Part shown: piece after piece, positions 1 to 12,523 of the stretch
How positions within the stretch are numbered: the stretch's first letter is position 1
Layout of the letters: each line of letters begins with the position of its first letter
DNA from: Octopus vulgaris
Taxonomy: Eukaryota
Assembly: GCA_951406725.2 (NCBI GenBank)
Contig: OX597814.1
Location: forward strand, 165,478,001-165,542,000
Direction: 5' to 3'
Length of the DNA: 64,000 nt
The notes under the pieces: generated by a model
Databases searched by the model: none
Seen by the model: the letters and a program-made list of their open reading frames with translations, nothing else
Told to the model about the DNA's origin: nothing
Program-made: the position numbers and the translations under genes

Positions 1-277
1 TGTAGTTCTCAGGAAGATTCAGCCTCACACAGAATGTGACAAAGCTGGTTCCTTTGAATTACAGCTACAACTCCTTTTGGTCGGTTGAGTAGACTTGAGC
101 AAGATAAACCTTCAAGTGGTTGAAAGAAAAAGAATAAAGATCTTACATTGGGGCAGGAAAATCTTTTTAGTTGTTAGGGTCACTATGGGTGTTAAACCGG
201 TCCTAACAGTGGCATTCATGAGTCTCACAGATCTGGAGGTCCAATTCCCTAGATAAACACCAATGTGCAGGCTGTTG

Positions 278-441
278 CTATTGTTGTTGTTGTTGTTAAG
301 CAACAAGATGGGTTAGGGTGATTAGGTGATGGTCTAGGGATTAGGGGCGGGAGACCCCAGTCCTTGGAAAAAAAAACAACTTTTGTCGTCTTGTTGTAGT
401 CGAGGGCTCTTCATTGACACCCGACACCATTCTTGAATGGC
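278..441 (-). mobile_element. Short (CAA)n-tailed retroelement, Ingi/Vingi-like non-autonomous, internally deleted copy
   Basis: Same 5' start (GCCATTCAAGAAT) and body as 24289-24475. Flanking duplication gcaggctgttg at 267-277 and 440-450. Confidence 0.65.
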
Positions 442-559
442 AGGCTGTTGTTATGAAACTGAGTGTGAGTTGAGGGTGAGGACACTACATGATGGAATAG
501 CAACTATATCACTGCTTATACTAAATACAACATTTTTGCCTTATGACATGGAACATTTC

Positions 560-910
560 CTTTCCTTTCACTCTTATTAAAAAATGACACCCCATTGCTT
601 ACAACAATGAGGTTCCTGTTTATCTGATCAATGGAACAGTCTACCCGTAAAATTAATGCGCAAGTGGTGACTGAATACTCTACAGACATGCATACCATTA
701 ACGTAGTTCTCAATGAGATTCAGCCTTGTCACAGAATGTGACAAGGTTGGCCCCTTTGAATTACAACAACTCATTTTTGCCAGCTGAGTGAACTGTAGCA
801 AGGTGAAGTAGAGTGCCTTGCGCAAGAACACAACATGCCGTCGGGAATCGTACCCATGACTTTACAATCATGGGCTAAATACCTCTAATCACTGAGCCAT
901 GCACCTTCAC
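560..910 (-). mobile_element. tRNA-headed SINE (related fragments at 1-115 and 41620-41880)
   Basis: Minus strand has a tRNA-like head (tggctcagtgattagag...ggtacgattcc) followed by gttcttgcgcaaggcac. The body is repeated at the start of the window. Confidence 0.55.
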
Positions 911-3159
911 TCTCTTAACCATAAAGAAAAGTAGTGAAGCGATAGAGACAGGAAAAGGAAAGCCTCAGTCATTTAAGATGACAATTAGACTGAAATACAA
1001 TCAATCTTTTCTAGCTTCTTTACTTTTAATGATGAAGAAGAGGGAAAGAGATTTAGTAATGAATAGAGGGAAAATCTTTCAGGTGTTTAGGTTTTCATTC
1101 TGGGAGTTCAAGAATGATTGACTGTTAGTTCTCTCTTCTTTCCTCCATTGCCGATACTTATTCGCCTTGTTCGATAGTTCTCCATGTCTTTTAGTTGCGG
1201 GGAAAGACTATTTTTAACATTTTATCTACAAACTACAAACAAGTCCCACTCCCATTTTTTTCTCTCCATTGAAAAGCTAATGCAAATTTCAAACTGGGTA
1301 TAGCTGTGAAAAGAGCTCAGAAAAATGGGTAATACCCATTACAAAATGGGTGAAGGAGGAAAGTTGGCAACAGGTGGGTACATGAAATTCAACTCTATAG
1401 AGTGTCTTCTACTATAGACTCAGATTGACCAAAGCCTTGTGAGTGGATTTGGTAGATGGAAACTGAAAGAAGACCATTGTATATATGTGTGTGTGTGTGT
1501 GTGTGTTTGTGTCTGTGTTTGCATCCCCATAACTTAGTGGTTCAGCAGAAGAGACTTATAGAATAAGCACCAGGCTTACAGGGAATAAGTCCAGGGTCAA
1601 CTAAAGGGCAGTGCACCAGCATGGCCATGGTCAAATAACTGAAACAGCTAGTCATGTAATATTACATAGTTGCAATTATAATTTTACTAGTTTTCAAATT
1701 CCATGATGTTCATGCAAAATTATCATCATCATCGTATAGCATCCTCTTTCCATGCTGGCATGGGTTGGACAATTTGACATGGAGCTGACCAGCAGGGGGC
1801 TGTCCAGACTCCAACTATCTGTTATAGCATGGTTTCTACAGCTAGATGCCCTTCTTAATACCAACCATTTAACAGAGTGTGCTGAGTGCTTTTTACATGC
1901 CACAGGCACAAGTGCATTTATGTGACACCAGCATGGGTGCTTTTTAAGTGGCACTGGCACCTGAAGGACAAGCCTGTATATGTGGAAGACAGGGATTCTA
2001 CTTAACTTGATGCATCTTATCAAGTACAGCAAATCACCACATCTCCTGGTCCTTTGTCATTTCCTCAATGCTCAGTGTGTTGGACTTAGAATTGTGAAGT
2101 TGTGGGTTTGACTCCTGTACTGAATCCCTGATTTTTTTTACTTACTGAATCTGTAAGAAGAGGCAGGATACATGACTCATGCAGGCCCTCTGAGATTGGA
2201 GAATTAATGCTATCAATGTTTCATTTGAGCTGTTGCAAGTCAATACCACTGGAAAAATGTGAATGGGGAGATTCCAGAAGACCGGTGTTCTTTGAAAGAA
2301 AGAGGGGACCTAATGGTTAATGTGGAGAAACGGGGTTGGACGCACCCAAGGGTAATGAGAGATGTGTGAGTTGATGGTGCCTGAGTGGAGGAGGTATGAG
2401 ATAAGCCAACTCCAAGAAGTATATGCCATTATAGTAACAATAGAAATGACAGAGAGAGGAAACAGTATTTCTGTAAAACAAAGGCTGGAGTGTTTCCTAT
2501 GGTGTTGAAGTACCAATCAGCAGTGTGGCGCTTCTCTGGATACAATCCAGGATGTGTAAGCAGTACTCTGTTATTGGTATCACTTTACCCTTGTGAAGTG
2601 TCAACATCTGTTGGGAGCTGAAATATCTTCTGGTCCTAATGAGGTCTGAAAATAAATGTCATTCCATTCAGAAAGGAGTTTTGTGGTCACAATTAACTGC
2701 CTAGGAAGCTGAGATAAGCTCAATCAAATGTATCAGTAGGCTCCAGACAGACTTTAATTATACAAAATAAAGAAATGAGGGCCAATTTTCAAAATAAAAA
2801 TGTTTATTAATTAAAAATGAAATAAAATATTACAAACTTCTTATTTCTATTTTTGCAACAGTGAGTGAGGAAGAGAGGTAATTTGATGGCACAAAAGGAT
2901 GATTGATGTAAAATGTGAGTGGAGAGGATTGTAGTAAAATGAAAGCTGGATATTTAGTGAAATAGTTCCAGATAGTGAGAAAGGTGAGTGCCATCAGGGA
3001 AAAAATGATGAAAAGTGCAATTCTACTCACAATTTCGGAACCAGGACACTGAGGCTTGAGAGATTATATATAGTGTGGATAGTTTAAGGAGGAAAGAGGG
3101 TGAGGGGCCCAGTTCTACTTATATATGCTCATTGAGCTTCCAGATTCTGACAGTGAGAC

Positions 3160-3760
3160 AGATTCATCACAATGACCAGGTCTTCTTGAGCACCACATAT
3201 GGCCAGCCATCCTAGTCCTTCGTCCTCTCCTCCATGAGGTTCAAAGTCCATCTTCACCACATCATCCTATGTCTTCCTGAGTTTCCCTCTTCTCTAAGTT
3301 TTATCCATATTATGTAATTAGTGCTTCTTAATGCAGTTGTCCTTGTCCATATGCATTACTTGTCCATACCAGCACAGCTTTCTTGCACACTACATCTCAT
3401 CCCTTTTATGACTAGTTTTTCTTATGTCATTTATGTACAATTACATTGCACACCCAATAGACATGCTAGCTTAATTTCTTTCCAGTCTTCTCAAGCACCT
3501 CTGAATTCACAGCCCATGTTTCATTATCAGGCAGCATCACAGTTCTAATATGAATGTCCTACAATCTGCTCTTCCATCTGAAGGAAAAGACCTTTGTTTC
3601 CAGCAGTGGCAGTAGCTCCTGAACTTTTTCAACCCATTCTTATCCTAGCTGCTGTACTTTCAGAGTAACCACCTCCCTGCTAATTTTATTTGCTAGATAA
3701 CATAAGCTATCAACTATTTCTAATGAACCATCAGAACATTTAAAAGAATCTATTTCCAGT
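3160..3760 (-). mobile_element. Old degenerate RTE LINE C-terminal fragment
   Basis: Diverged similarity to the 7600-8160 region (ctagctgctgtactttcagagtaaccacc, cttcaccacatcatcc); many stops. Confidence 0.5.
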
Positions 3761-3765
3761 GTATG

Positions 3766-4016
3766 TGGAGGTACGTGGCTTAGTGGTTAGGGTGTTGAAC
3801 TCATGATCGTAAGATTGTGGTTTCAATTCCTCGACCGGGTGATGCGTTGTGTTCTTGAGCAAAACATTTCATTTCATGTTGCTCCAGTCCACTCAGGTGG
3901 CAAAAATGAGTAATCCTGTGATGGACTGGCGTCCTGTCCAGGTAGGGAATTTCTATGCCACTGAAACCGTGAAACCGGCCCTTATGAGCCTGGCATAGCT
4001 CGAGAAGGAACATTTA
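3766..4016 (+). mobile_element. tRNA-derived SINE with a V/Meta-like core
   Basis: A-box gtggcttagtggttag, B-box-like ggtttcaattcc, core cctgtgatggactggcgtcctgtccagg. Confidence 0.65.
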
Positions 4017-4944
4017 TTTTTAAATTTTTTTAATTTCCAGTGTATTGTACATGCTGCTCCAGCACATCTATCACATATGAAGCTTAATTTTTCTGACAGT
4101 CCACCTGTGATTCCACAATAGATTTTGTGTGTCCATAGTTTACATTGAGTACAGTGTACAGAGTTTATGTTAACTCCTTTTCTACATACTGAGAATGGCT
4201 ATTCTTCTAAAGAGCAAAAAAGAAAAAAAAGAACAGGGTCAATTCATTTGATTAAAAATTCTTCAAGGTAGTGCTCCAGCATAGCTGCAGTCTAATGACT
4301 GAAACAAGTAAGCAATAAAAGGTATGCATAATCTTATATCAAATCTGTTGCACAGATCATTTCTAGCAGTATTAGCAGTAACAAAATCCATGTTAGCTAG
4401 TATGCGCCTTGTCAAAAGCCACCAAAATAACCTCATTTGTAATAGCTATCACACTACACAAGTGACTGGGTATCAAAATGAATATTGATGCTTGACGACA
4501 CAGCTTAATTGAAAATGTTTCATCAAAGAATAATTAGAAATGAAAGTATTCAATAATGTGAGTCACCACTGGAAAGAAGTGTTTAATTATGAAAGTATTT
4601 ATTATTCAACACTGTTCCATCTTTTTACGACTATAAAATGGAGCATAACAAATTATTTAGACCATTTTAAACTTAACATTATTTTCCCGCCTAATTCAGT
4701 TGTTCTCTCTCCACATACCTATCAGATTATGAAGCAAATGCCTCAGTGGGCATGATATAGACAGCATTCACAAAGTCAAAAGTGACCTACATTACTGTCA
4801 ATATCTATTTCAATGTTTAAATGAATATGTTCTCATTTGTATATGCGTATCCATGCGTTTAATTTCTTTTTTCTAGGTGTATTGTACATCTGTGTATTAT
4901 AAACAAAGATATAGTGATAAATCTGTCAGTATACATATGTATAT

Positions 4945-5508
4945 ATCATCATCATCATCGTTTAGCATCCGCTTTTCATGCTAGCATGGGTTGGACGGTT
5001 CAACTGGGATCTGGGAAGCCAGAAGGCTGCACCTGATCTGGCAATTTTTCTACGGCTGGATGCCCTTCCTAACGCCAACCACTCCGTGAGTGTAGTGGGT
5101 GCATTTTACGTGCCACCGGCACAGGTGCCAGACGAGGCTGGCAAACGGTCATGATTGGTTGGTGCTTTTTATGTGCCACCGGCACAGAGGCCAGGTGAGG
5201 CTGGCAATGGCCATGATCAGATGGTGCTTTTTATGTGCCCCCGGCATGGAGGCCAGTTGGGGCAGTGCTGGCAATGGCCACGTTCTTATGTGCCACCAGC
5301 ACTGGTATCACAGCTACAATTTCCATTGATGTTGATCGATTTTGATTTTGATTTTCACTTGCCTCAACAGGTCTTCACAAGTAGAGTTTTGTGTCCCAAG
5401 AAGGAAAGGTATGCATAAGTGGACTGGCTACATCCCAGGTAGAGGCCACAGGTTATGGTCTCACTTGTCCTGCCAGGTCTTCTCACGCACAGCATACTTC
5501 CAAAGGTC
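4945..5508 (-). mobile_element. RTE 3'-end fragment (ORF end + 3' region + (GAT)n tail)
   Basis: Reverse complement of about 8135-8875. Confidence 0.85.
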
Positions 5509-5711
5509 ATATTTATATATATATATATATATCAATCATCATTTAATGTCCACTTTCCATGCTGGCATGAGTTGGATGGTTTGATGGGAGTTTGCTAGGC
5601 AAACGAGTGCACTATGCTTTGCTGTCTGTTTTGGTAGGGATTTTATAGCATGATGCCCCGTCTTAGTACCAACCGCTCCATAGAGTGGACTGAGTGAGTT
5701 TTATCACAACA

Positions 5712-8182
5712 AACCTTCAGGAAACCTACCAGCCACCTAGTCACTTACCGATCGGGCCAACATACCAGCCAAATTGACTACATCCTTGCAAGGCAAAGGG
5801 AGAGATGGCTGCTTATAAATGCCAAAACCTTCCCAGGTGAAGAATGTACCCCACAACATAGACTGGTAGTTAGTGACTTTAGGATCAGGACTAGGAGGAC
5901 AACCAGAAGACGACCAATATGGAGAAGAAGGATCTGGAAGCTTAAAGATCCTGCAAATGGACAGAGATTTAGAGACATATTACTTGAAGCCTCTGACGAA
6001 GTAGAAGGGGATAGAGCATCACAGGGGGTAGAAGACAGCTGGACGTTTCTAAGGGACAACCTGCTGAGAGCCACTGACCAGATCTGTGGCTGGTGCAAAG
6101 TCCCCTCTCGACCTAGAATAACGTGGTGGTGGAACAATATTGTAGACAGGGCTATTAGAGAAAAGAGACAGGCTTGGAAGGTCTGGAAAAATGGGGGTAG
6201 CAGGGAATTGTATCAGACTGCCAAAAGAGAAGCTAAGAGACAGGTTTATTTAGCCAGAGGGGAAGCAGATAAGAAAAAATTTGCCAATGTTCTGCGCCGT
6301 GAGGACCAAAGACTGGAGGTGTTTCGCGTTGCAAGACAGTGTGTGAGAGAGAATCATGATGTGGTAGGAGAGAAGTGTGTTCGCATGGAAGATGGTTCAC
6401 TTGCGCTAAATGAGGATGCAAAGAGAGAGGCTTGGAGATGCCACTATGAAAGTTTGCTGAATAAAGAAAATGAATGGGATAAAGAGAGTCTGCCGAATGT
6501 TGACCCAACAGAGGGACCAGCTATCCGAGTTGATAGTTCCGTGGTAGCTAAGGCAATTAGAAGCATGAAGTCAGGAAAAGCCCCAGGCCCATCAGGAATC
6601 ACTGCAGAGATGCTCAAAATGTCTGGTAGTGTCGGCTATAGCCTAGTCACCCATATAGTTAATCAGGTGATACACAAAGGAGTCATACCCAATGACTGGT
6701 GTAGCAGCATAATAGTCAACTGCTACAAAGGTAAAGGTGACGCCCTAGATACAAATAATTACAGAGGTATCAAGCTGTTGGATCAGGTGATGAAGGTTAC
6801 GGAGAGGGTCATAGCCCAACTAATTAGAGAGAGTTAGTTTAGATGAGATGCAGTTTGGGTTTGTGCCAGGGAAAAGTACTACTGATGCTATATTCCTGGT
6901 AAGGCAGCTGCAGGAGAAATACCTAGCCAAAGATAAGCCCCTGTACCTGGCTTTTGTTGACATGGAGAAAGCCTTCGACAGGGTCCCCCGATCCCTTATC
7001 TGGTGGGCAATGAGGAAACTAGGGATAGATGAATGGTTAGTGAGAGCTGTGCGGGCCATGTATAGGGACGCTGCTAGTAGGGTGAGGGTTGGAAACGAGT
7101 ACAGTGAAGAATTCCGGGTAGAGGTAGGGGTCCACCAAGGCTCAGTACTCAGTCCCCTCCTATTTATCATAGTCCTCCAGGCAATAACGGAGGAATTCAA
7201 GACAGGATGCCCTTGGGAGCTCCTCTATGCTGATGACCTTGCTCTAATTGCTGAGTCGCTATCAGAACTGGAGGAGAAGTTTCAGGTGTGGAAATAAGGA
7301 TTAGAATCGAAGGGCCTCAGAGTCAATCTAGCTAAAACAAAAGTCGTAATCAGTAGGAAGGTAGACAAATCACAAACGCCTTCAGGTAGATGGCCCTGCT
7401 CGATCTGTAGAAAAGGTGTAGGTAGAAACTCTATAAGATGCACCAAGTGTAAGCTATGGACACATAAGAGGTGCAGCAATGTCAAAGGAAGGTTAACTAG
7501 GAAGATGGTTTTTGTATGTGGCAGATGTTCAGGAACAATAAACACTGAAAATGCTCTGAGACCAACTTCCGTCACTTTCCAGGGAGAAAAACTAGAAATA
7601 GTTGATAGTTTCCGTTACCTAGGTGACCAAGTCAGCAGCGGGGGCGGGTGTGCTGAAAGTGTAATTGCTAGAGTAAGAATAGCTTGGGCAAAGTTCAGAG
7701 AGCTCTTACCCCTGCTGGTGACAAAAGGCCTCTCGCACAGAGTGAAAGGCAGACTGTATGATGCGTGTGTACGAACAGCCATGCTACATGGCAGTGAAAC
7801 ATGGGCCGTGACTGTTGAGGATATGCGTAAGCTCGCAAGAAATGAAGCCAGTATGCTCCGATGGATGTGTAATGTCAGTGTTCATAATCGACAGAGTGTA
7901 AGTACCTTGAGAGAAAAGCTGGACCTAAGAAGCATCAGTTGTGGTGTGCAAGAGAGACGATTGCGTTGGTATGGTCATGTGGCGAGAATGGATGAAGATA
8001 GTTGTGTGAAAAAGTGCCACACCCTAGCGGTTGAGGGAACCTGTGGAAGAGGCAGACCCAGGAAAACCTGGGACGAGGTGGTGAAGCACGACCTTCGAAC
8101 TTTAGGTCTCACTGAGGAAATGACTAGAGACCGAGTCCTCTGGAAGTGTGCTGTGCGCGAGAAGACCCGGCAGGACAAGTGA
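5712..8182 (+). pseudogene. RTE EN-RT ORF with one frameshift (~6830, in an AG repeat) and one nonsense codon (7295-7297)
   Basis: ORF-track segments 6208-6837, 6848-7297 and 7505-8182 are collinear. A Cys-rich finger (CSIC...CTKC..WTHKRC...CGRC) lies at about 7395-7530. Confidence 0.9.
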
Positions 8183-8255
8183 GTCCATAACCCGTGGCCT
8201 TCTACTTGGGATGGAGCCAGCCTACGTATGCATACCTTCCCTTCTTGGGACACAA

Positions 8256-8546
8256 AACTCTACTTGTGAAGACCTGTTGAGGCAAGTGAGGATCAGAATC
8301 GAAATCGATCAATGGAAATTGCAGATGTGTTACCAGTGCCGGTGGCATGTCGATACTCTACTGTGAAGACCCGTTGAGGCAAGTGAGGATCAGAAATGGA
8401 AATCGATCAATGGAAATTGCAGATGTGTTACCAGTGCCGGTGGCATGTCGAAACTCTACTTGTGAAGACCCGTTGAGGCAAGTGAGGATCAGAATGGAAA
8501 TCGATCAATGGAAATTGCAGATGTGTTACCAGTGCCGGTGGCATGT
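8256..8546 (+). repeat. Three tandem ~95-bp units in the RTE 3' region
   Basis: actctacttgtgaagacc...ccagtgccggtggcatgt occurs three times here but once in the 25.7-kb copy. Confidence 0.9.
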
Positions 8547-9117
8547 AAGAGAACCTTCCGTTTCGCGACCGTTGCCAGCACCGCCCCGTTTCGTGTCCGT
8601 TGCCAGCCTCGCCTGGCCCTTGTGCCGGTGGCACATAAAAAGCACCATCCGTTCGTGGCCGTTTGCCAGCTCTGTCTGGCACCTGTGCGGGTGGCACGTA
8701 AAAAGCACCCACTACACTCACGGAGTGGTTGGTGTTAGGAAGGGCATCCAGCCGTAGAAACACTGCCAGATTTGACTGGGCCTGATGAAGCCTTCTGGCT
8801 TCACAGACCCCAGTAGAACCGTCCAACCCATGCTAGCATGGAAAAACGGACGCTAAACGACGATGATGATGATGAAACCATAGGTACTTAATATTATTAT
8901 TTTATGTTTGACATTTGCTTTACATTTGTACAAGTTGGCGCCAAGTCTCACCCAGAGACATCAAGAGACAAGTTGGAAGTTCATGTTGGTGTTATGCCTA
9001 GGGTGCCATATATTTGGTTTTGTACATAGTGTTGTTCTAGAGAATGTTTAAGAAAACATAAGAAAATTATGTTTGTTTTAAAACTTGAGATTACATAGAA
9101 ATTATTATTATTATTAT

Positions 9118-11136
9118 TAAGGTGGAAAGCTGACAGAATCATTAGTGCATTAGATGAAAAGCTTAGTGGCATTCCTTCTGGTTTTACATTCTGAGTTCAA
9201 ATACTACTTGGGTCGACTTTACCTTCCATCCTTCTGAGGTCAATAAAATAAATACCAGTTGAGTACTGGGGTTGATGTATTCAACTTACTCTCTTCCCTA
9301 AAACCTGCTGGCCTTGTGCCAAAATTTGAAAGCATAATAATAATAATAATAATAATTATAATAATTATTGTTATTGTTATTATTATTATTATTAAAGTAG
9401 CAAGCTGGCAGAATCATTAGCATGCTAAGCAAATTACTTAGTGGCATTCCATCCATCATTACATTCCAAGTTCAAATTCTGCTGACACCAAATTTGCCTT
9501 TTATGCTTTAGGAGTTAATATAATAAGTAGCAGTTGAGCACTGGGGTTGATGCAATCAACTGACCACCTTCCCTGAAAATCTGGCTTTATGCCAAAATTT
9601 GAAACCATTATTAAGATAGTGAACTGGCAGAATTATTAGCACATTGGATGCAATGCTTTGTGGCATTTCTTCTTGCTTTTTACACTGAGTTCAAATTCCA
9701 CCAAGGTCAACTTTGCCTTTCATTCTTTCAGGGTCAATAAAAGAAGCACCAATTAAATACGAGAGTCAATGAAAACAACTAGCTCCCATCCACCTAAATT
9801 TCAGGCCTTGAGCCAAAAATTGAAACATTTATCATTATTATTATTATTATTATTAAGGTGGTGAGCTGACAGAATTGCATGGATGCAATGCTTTGCGGCA
9901 TTTCTTCTCACTCTTTACATTCTGAGTTCAAATTCCGCCAAGGTCAACTTTGTCTTTCATCATTTTGGGGTCGATGCATGAAGTACCAGTTGCATACTAG
10001 GGTCAATCTAATCAACTGGCCCCCTCCTCCAAAATTTCAAGCCTTGTGTCTATAGTAGAAAAGATTATTATTAAGGCGGTGAGCTGGCAGAACTGTTAGC
10101 ACACTGGATGGAATGCTTAGCGGTATTTTATCTGCTGTTACATTCTGAGTTCAAATTCTGCTAAGGTCAACTTTGCCTTTCATCCTTTCAGGGTTGATAA
10201 CTTAAGTACTAGCTGAGTACTGGGGTTGTGGTAATCAACTTAACTCCCTAAGGCAATGAGCAGACAGAATTGTTATCGTGCTGGACAAAATGCTTAGTGG
10301 CATTTCTTCCAGTTTTATGTTCTGAGTTCAAATTGACTTTGCCTTTCATCTTTTGGGGGTCAATAAAATAAGCTGGGCACTGGGGTCAACATTATTGTCT
10401 AGTCTCCTTCCTCTAAAATTTCAGGCTTTGTAGTAGTAGAATTATTATCATAATTATTAATAATTCCACCAAGGTTGACTTTGCCTTTCATCCTTTCAGG
10501 GTCGATAAATGCCTTCAGTAGAAAGTATTATTATTATTAATATTATTATTATGCCGGTGGCACGTAAAAAGTACCCACTACACTCTCGGAGTGGTTGGCA
10601 TTAAGAAGGGCATCCAGCTATAGAAACTCTGCCAGATCAAGATTGGAGCCTGGTGCAGCCATCTGGTTCACCAGCCCTCAGTCAAAATCGTCCAACCCAT
10701 GCTAGCATGGAAAGCAGACGTTAAACGATGATGATGATGATGATGATTAATGGTAAGTTATGACAGTGAGCTGGCAGAATTGTTAGAATGTTGGGCAAAA
10801 TGTTTAGTGACAGTTTGCCCATCTTTTATGTTCTGAGTTTAAATTTCACCAAGGCCAACTTTGCCTTTCATCCTTTCAAGTTGATAAAATAAGTACCAAT
10901 TGAGCACTAAGAGTAATTTAACTGACTTACAGTTCTCCTGAAATTGCTGACCTTGTGCCAAAATTTGAAACCATTATTAATGGTTAGGTGGTGAGTTAGC
11001 AGAATCATTAGAGTATTAGAAAATAAAAAAAAATGCTTTGCTTTACTTCTTCTGACTCTTTACAAAGAGAGTTCAAATCTTGCTAAAGTTATCTCTGCCT
11101 TTCATCCTTCTAGGGTTGATAAAATAAAGTACCAGA
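9118..11136 (+). repeat. Head-to-tail cluster of about 9-10 diverged Nin-domain-like tRNA SINEs separated by (ATT)n
   Basis: Recurring aggtggtgagctggcagaat...ttctgagttcaaatt...gactttgcctttcatcctttc.gggtc.ataaa units, all in the same orientation. Confidence 0.85.
10552..10746 (+). mobile_element. Short RTE-tail element inserted in (ATT)n
   Basis: tgccggtggcacgtaaaaa...ccatgctagcatgg...(gat)n. Confidence 0.8.
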
Positions 11137-12326
11137 CCTTGCATATTTCTTTTATAGAAACCACACAGCTGCAAGCATTTAGGCCAGATCTATAGAGTGT
11201 GGATAACTTCCTCTTTCCCCCAGTTTTGAAGGTTCTGATAAAGGTCAGGAATACTGCTTGTCTTCCTGACTTAGTCATGAAAAAAGATAGTCATCAAATG
11301 TCTGATTTTAAAACGTCTAAATGTCAGATGAATTGTTGATAATAAGACTATACATTTTCCAAATTATTAACCTCATTTTTACAGTGTATATTTAAAATAT
11401 CTACTTTTACAAAATGTTTCAGTTTCCAGTTGATATCAAGTATCTAATTCCAAGTTATGTACATTGTCCCAGACTGGATTTGAACTTGGAGTCTACATTT
11501 CTAAACAAAAGTTGATAATGTTGTTATTAGCTACAAGACTAATTGTTCTTGTGACAAGTAAAGAAAATATTTTTATTAAATAATAACAAGGCTATTACAT
11601 TGCAGCAAAAAGCATAAAGTATTTATTTTTGCAAAGGTCTGCTATGAAAGTGGCGCTGAATAACTTCTGTCACCACATCACACTCCCTAACTTCATATGG
11701 CACACAACTCTCATTGCAAATGTCAACCCTATCACCTATTAACAGTTCCAAACTTTGCTGGTATTTATGATTTCAGAGTTAGTGAATTTATAAACAGCTC
11801 ATCTCCTGCTCACTCCCTACCCCCGTCTCTCCTTAGACATGCTCTTCTCTTCCAGAGAACAAGACTTAATCATATCTGTCGTTTATCACAAGACTTTCCC
11901 TACCCTCATAAATATATGTCATAGATAAATGCTGCAAAGTATTTTAGATGGCACAGTGGTTGTTTTATTGGCAACTATTCATATGAAGCACGCACACATG
12001 TGCATGCATATACACACCCACATATATTCATACATATATGTACACACACACACATATCTGCTTAATATACATAAAGACAATTACATACACATGCTCTCTC
12101 TCTCATTTGGGTACACAACTAACACGAGTGATTATACATGCATGTGCGAAATTAGTGATGTGTGTGTGTTTGTGAAAGTATGTGTAATTTTCTTTTACTT
12201 TTTACTTGTCAGTTGACCGTGGCCATGCTGGGGCACTGCCTTTAAGGGTTTAGTCAAACAAATTAACCCCAGTACTAACAGTCTCTTTTGTTGAATCACT
12301 AAGTCACAGGGATGTAAACCAATACT

Positions 12327-12523
12327 TATTTCTTTACTACCCACAAGGGGCTAAACACAGAAAGGACAAACAAGGACAGACAAACGGATTGAGTCGAATC
12401 GACCCCGAAAGGATGAAAGGCAAAGTCGACCTCGGCGGAATTTGAACTCAGAACGTAGCGGCAGACAAAATACTGCTGAGTATTTCGCCCGGGGTGCTAA
12501 CGTTTCTGCCAGCTCGCCGCCTT
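12327..12523 (-). mobile_element. Young Nin-domain-like SINE nested in an older tRNA SINE (~12195-12760)
   Basis: 15-bp TSD atgtaaaccaatact at 12312-12326 and 12524-12538. Confidence 0.85.

Larger units (their letters stand above)
5705..8875 (+). mobile_element. RTE-clade LINE, 5'-truncated within the APE endonuclease, with ~690-bp 3' region and (GAT)n tail
   Basis: EN end (SQIDYIL...PQHRLVV); RT motifs KAPGPSG, YRGIKLL, QFGF, FVDMEKAFD, GVHQGSVLSP, YADD; C-terminal LHGSETW and GRGRPRKTW. Terminal hairpin CCATGCTAGCATGG followed by gat repeats. Confidence 0.95.

Noticed and set aside
8533-8709. GTGCCGGTGGCAC modules as a CRISPR array or pistol ribozyme
   Set aside because: Spacers are homologous across dispersed copies in a eukaryotic LINE tail, no cas genes are present, and pistol P2/P3 elements are absent.
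4356-11198. Possible plus-strand exons after acceptor-like sites at ~4356, ~4877 and ~11158
   Set aside because: Donors are weak and the peptides are not recognisable; unsupported without RNA data.
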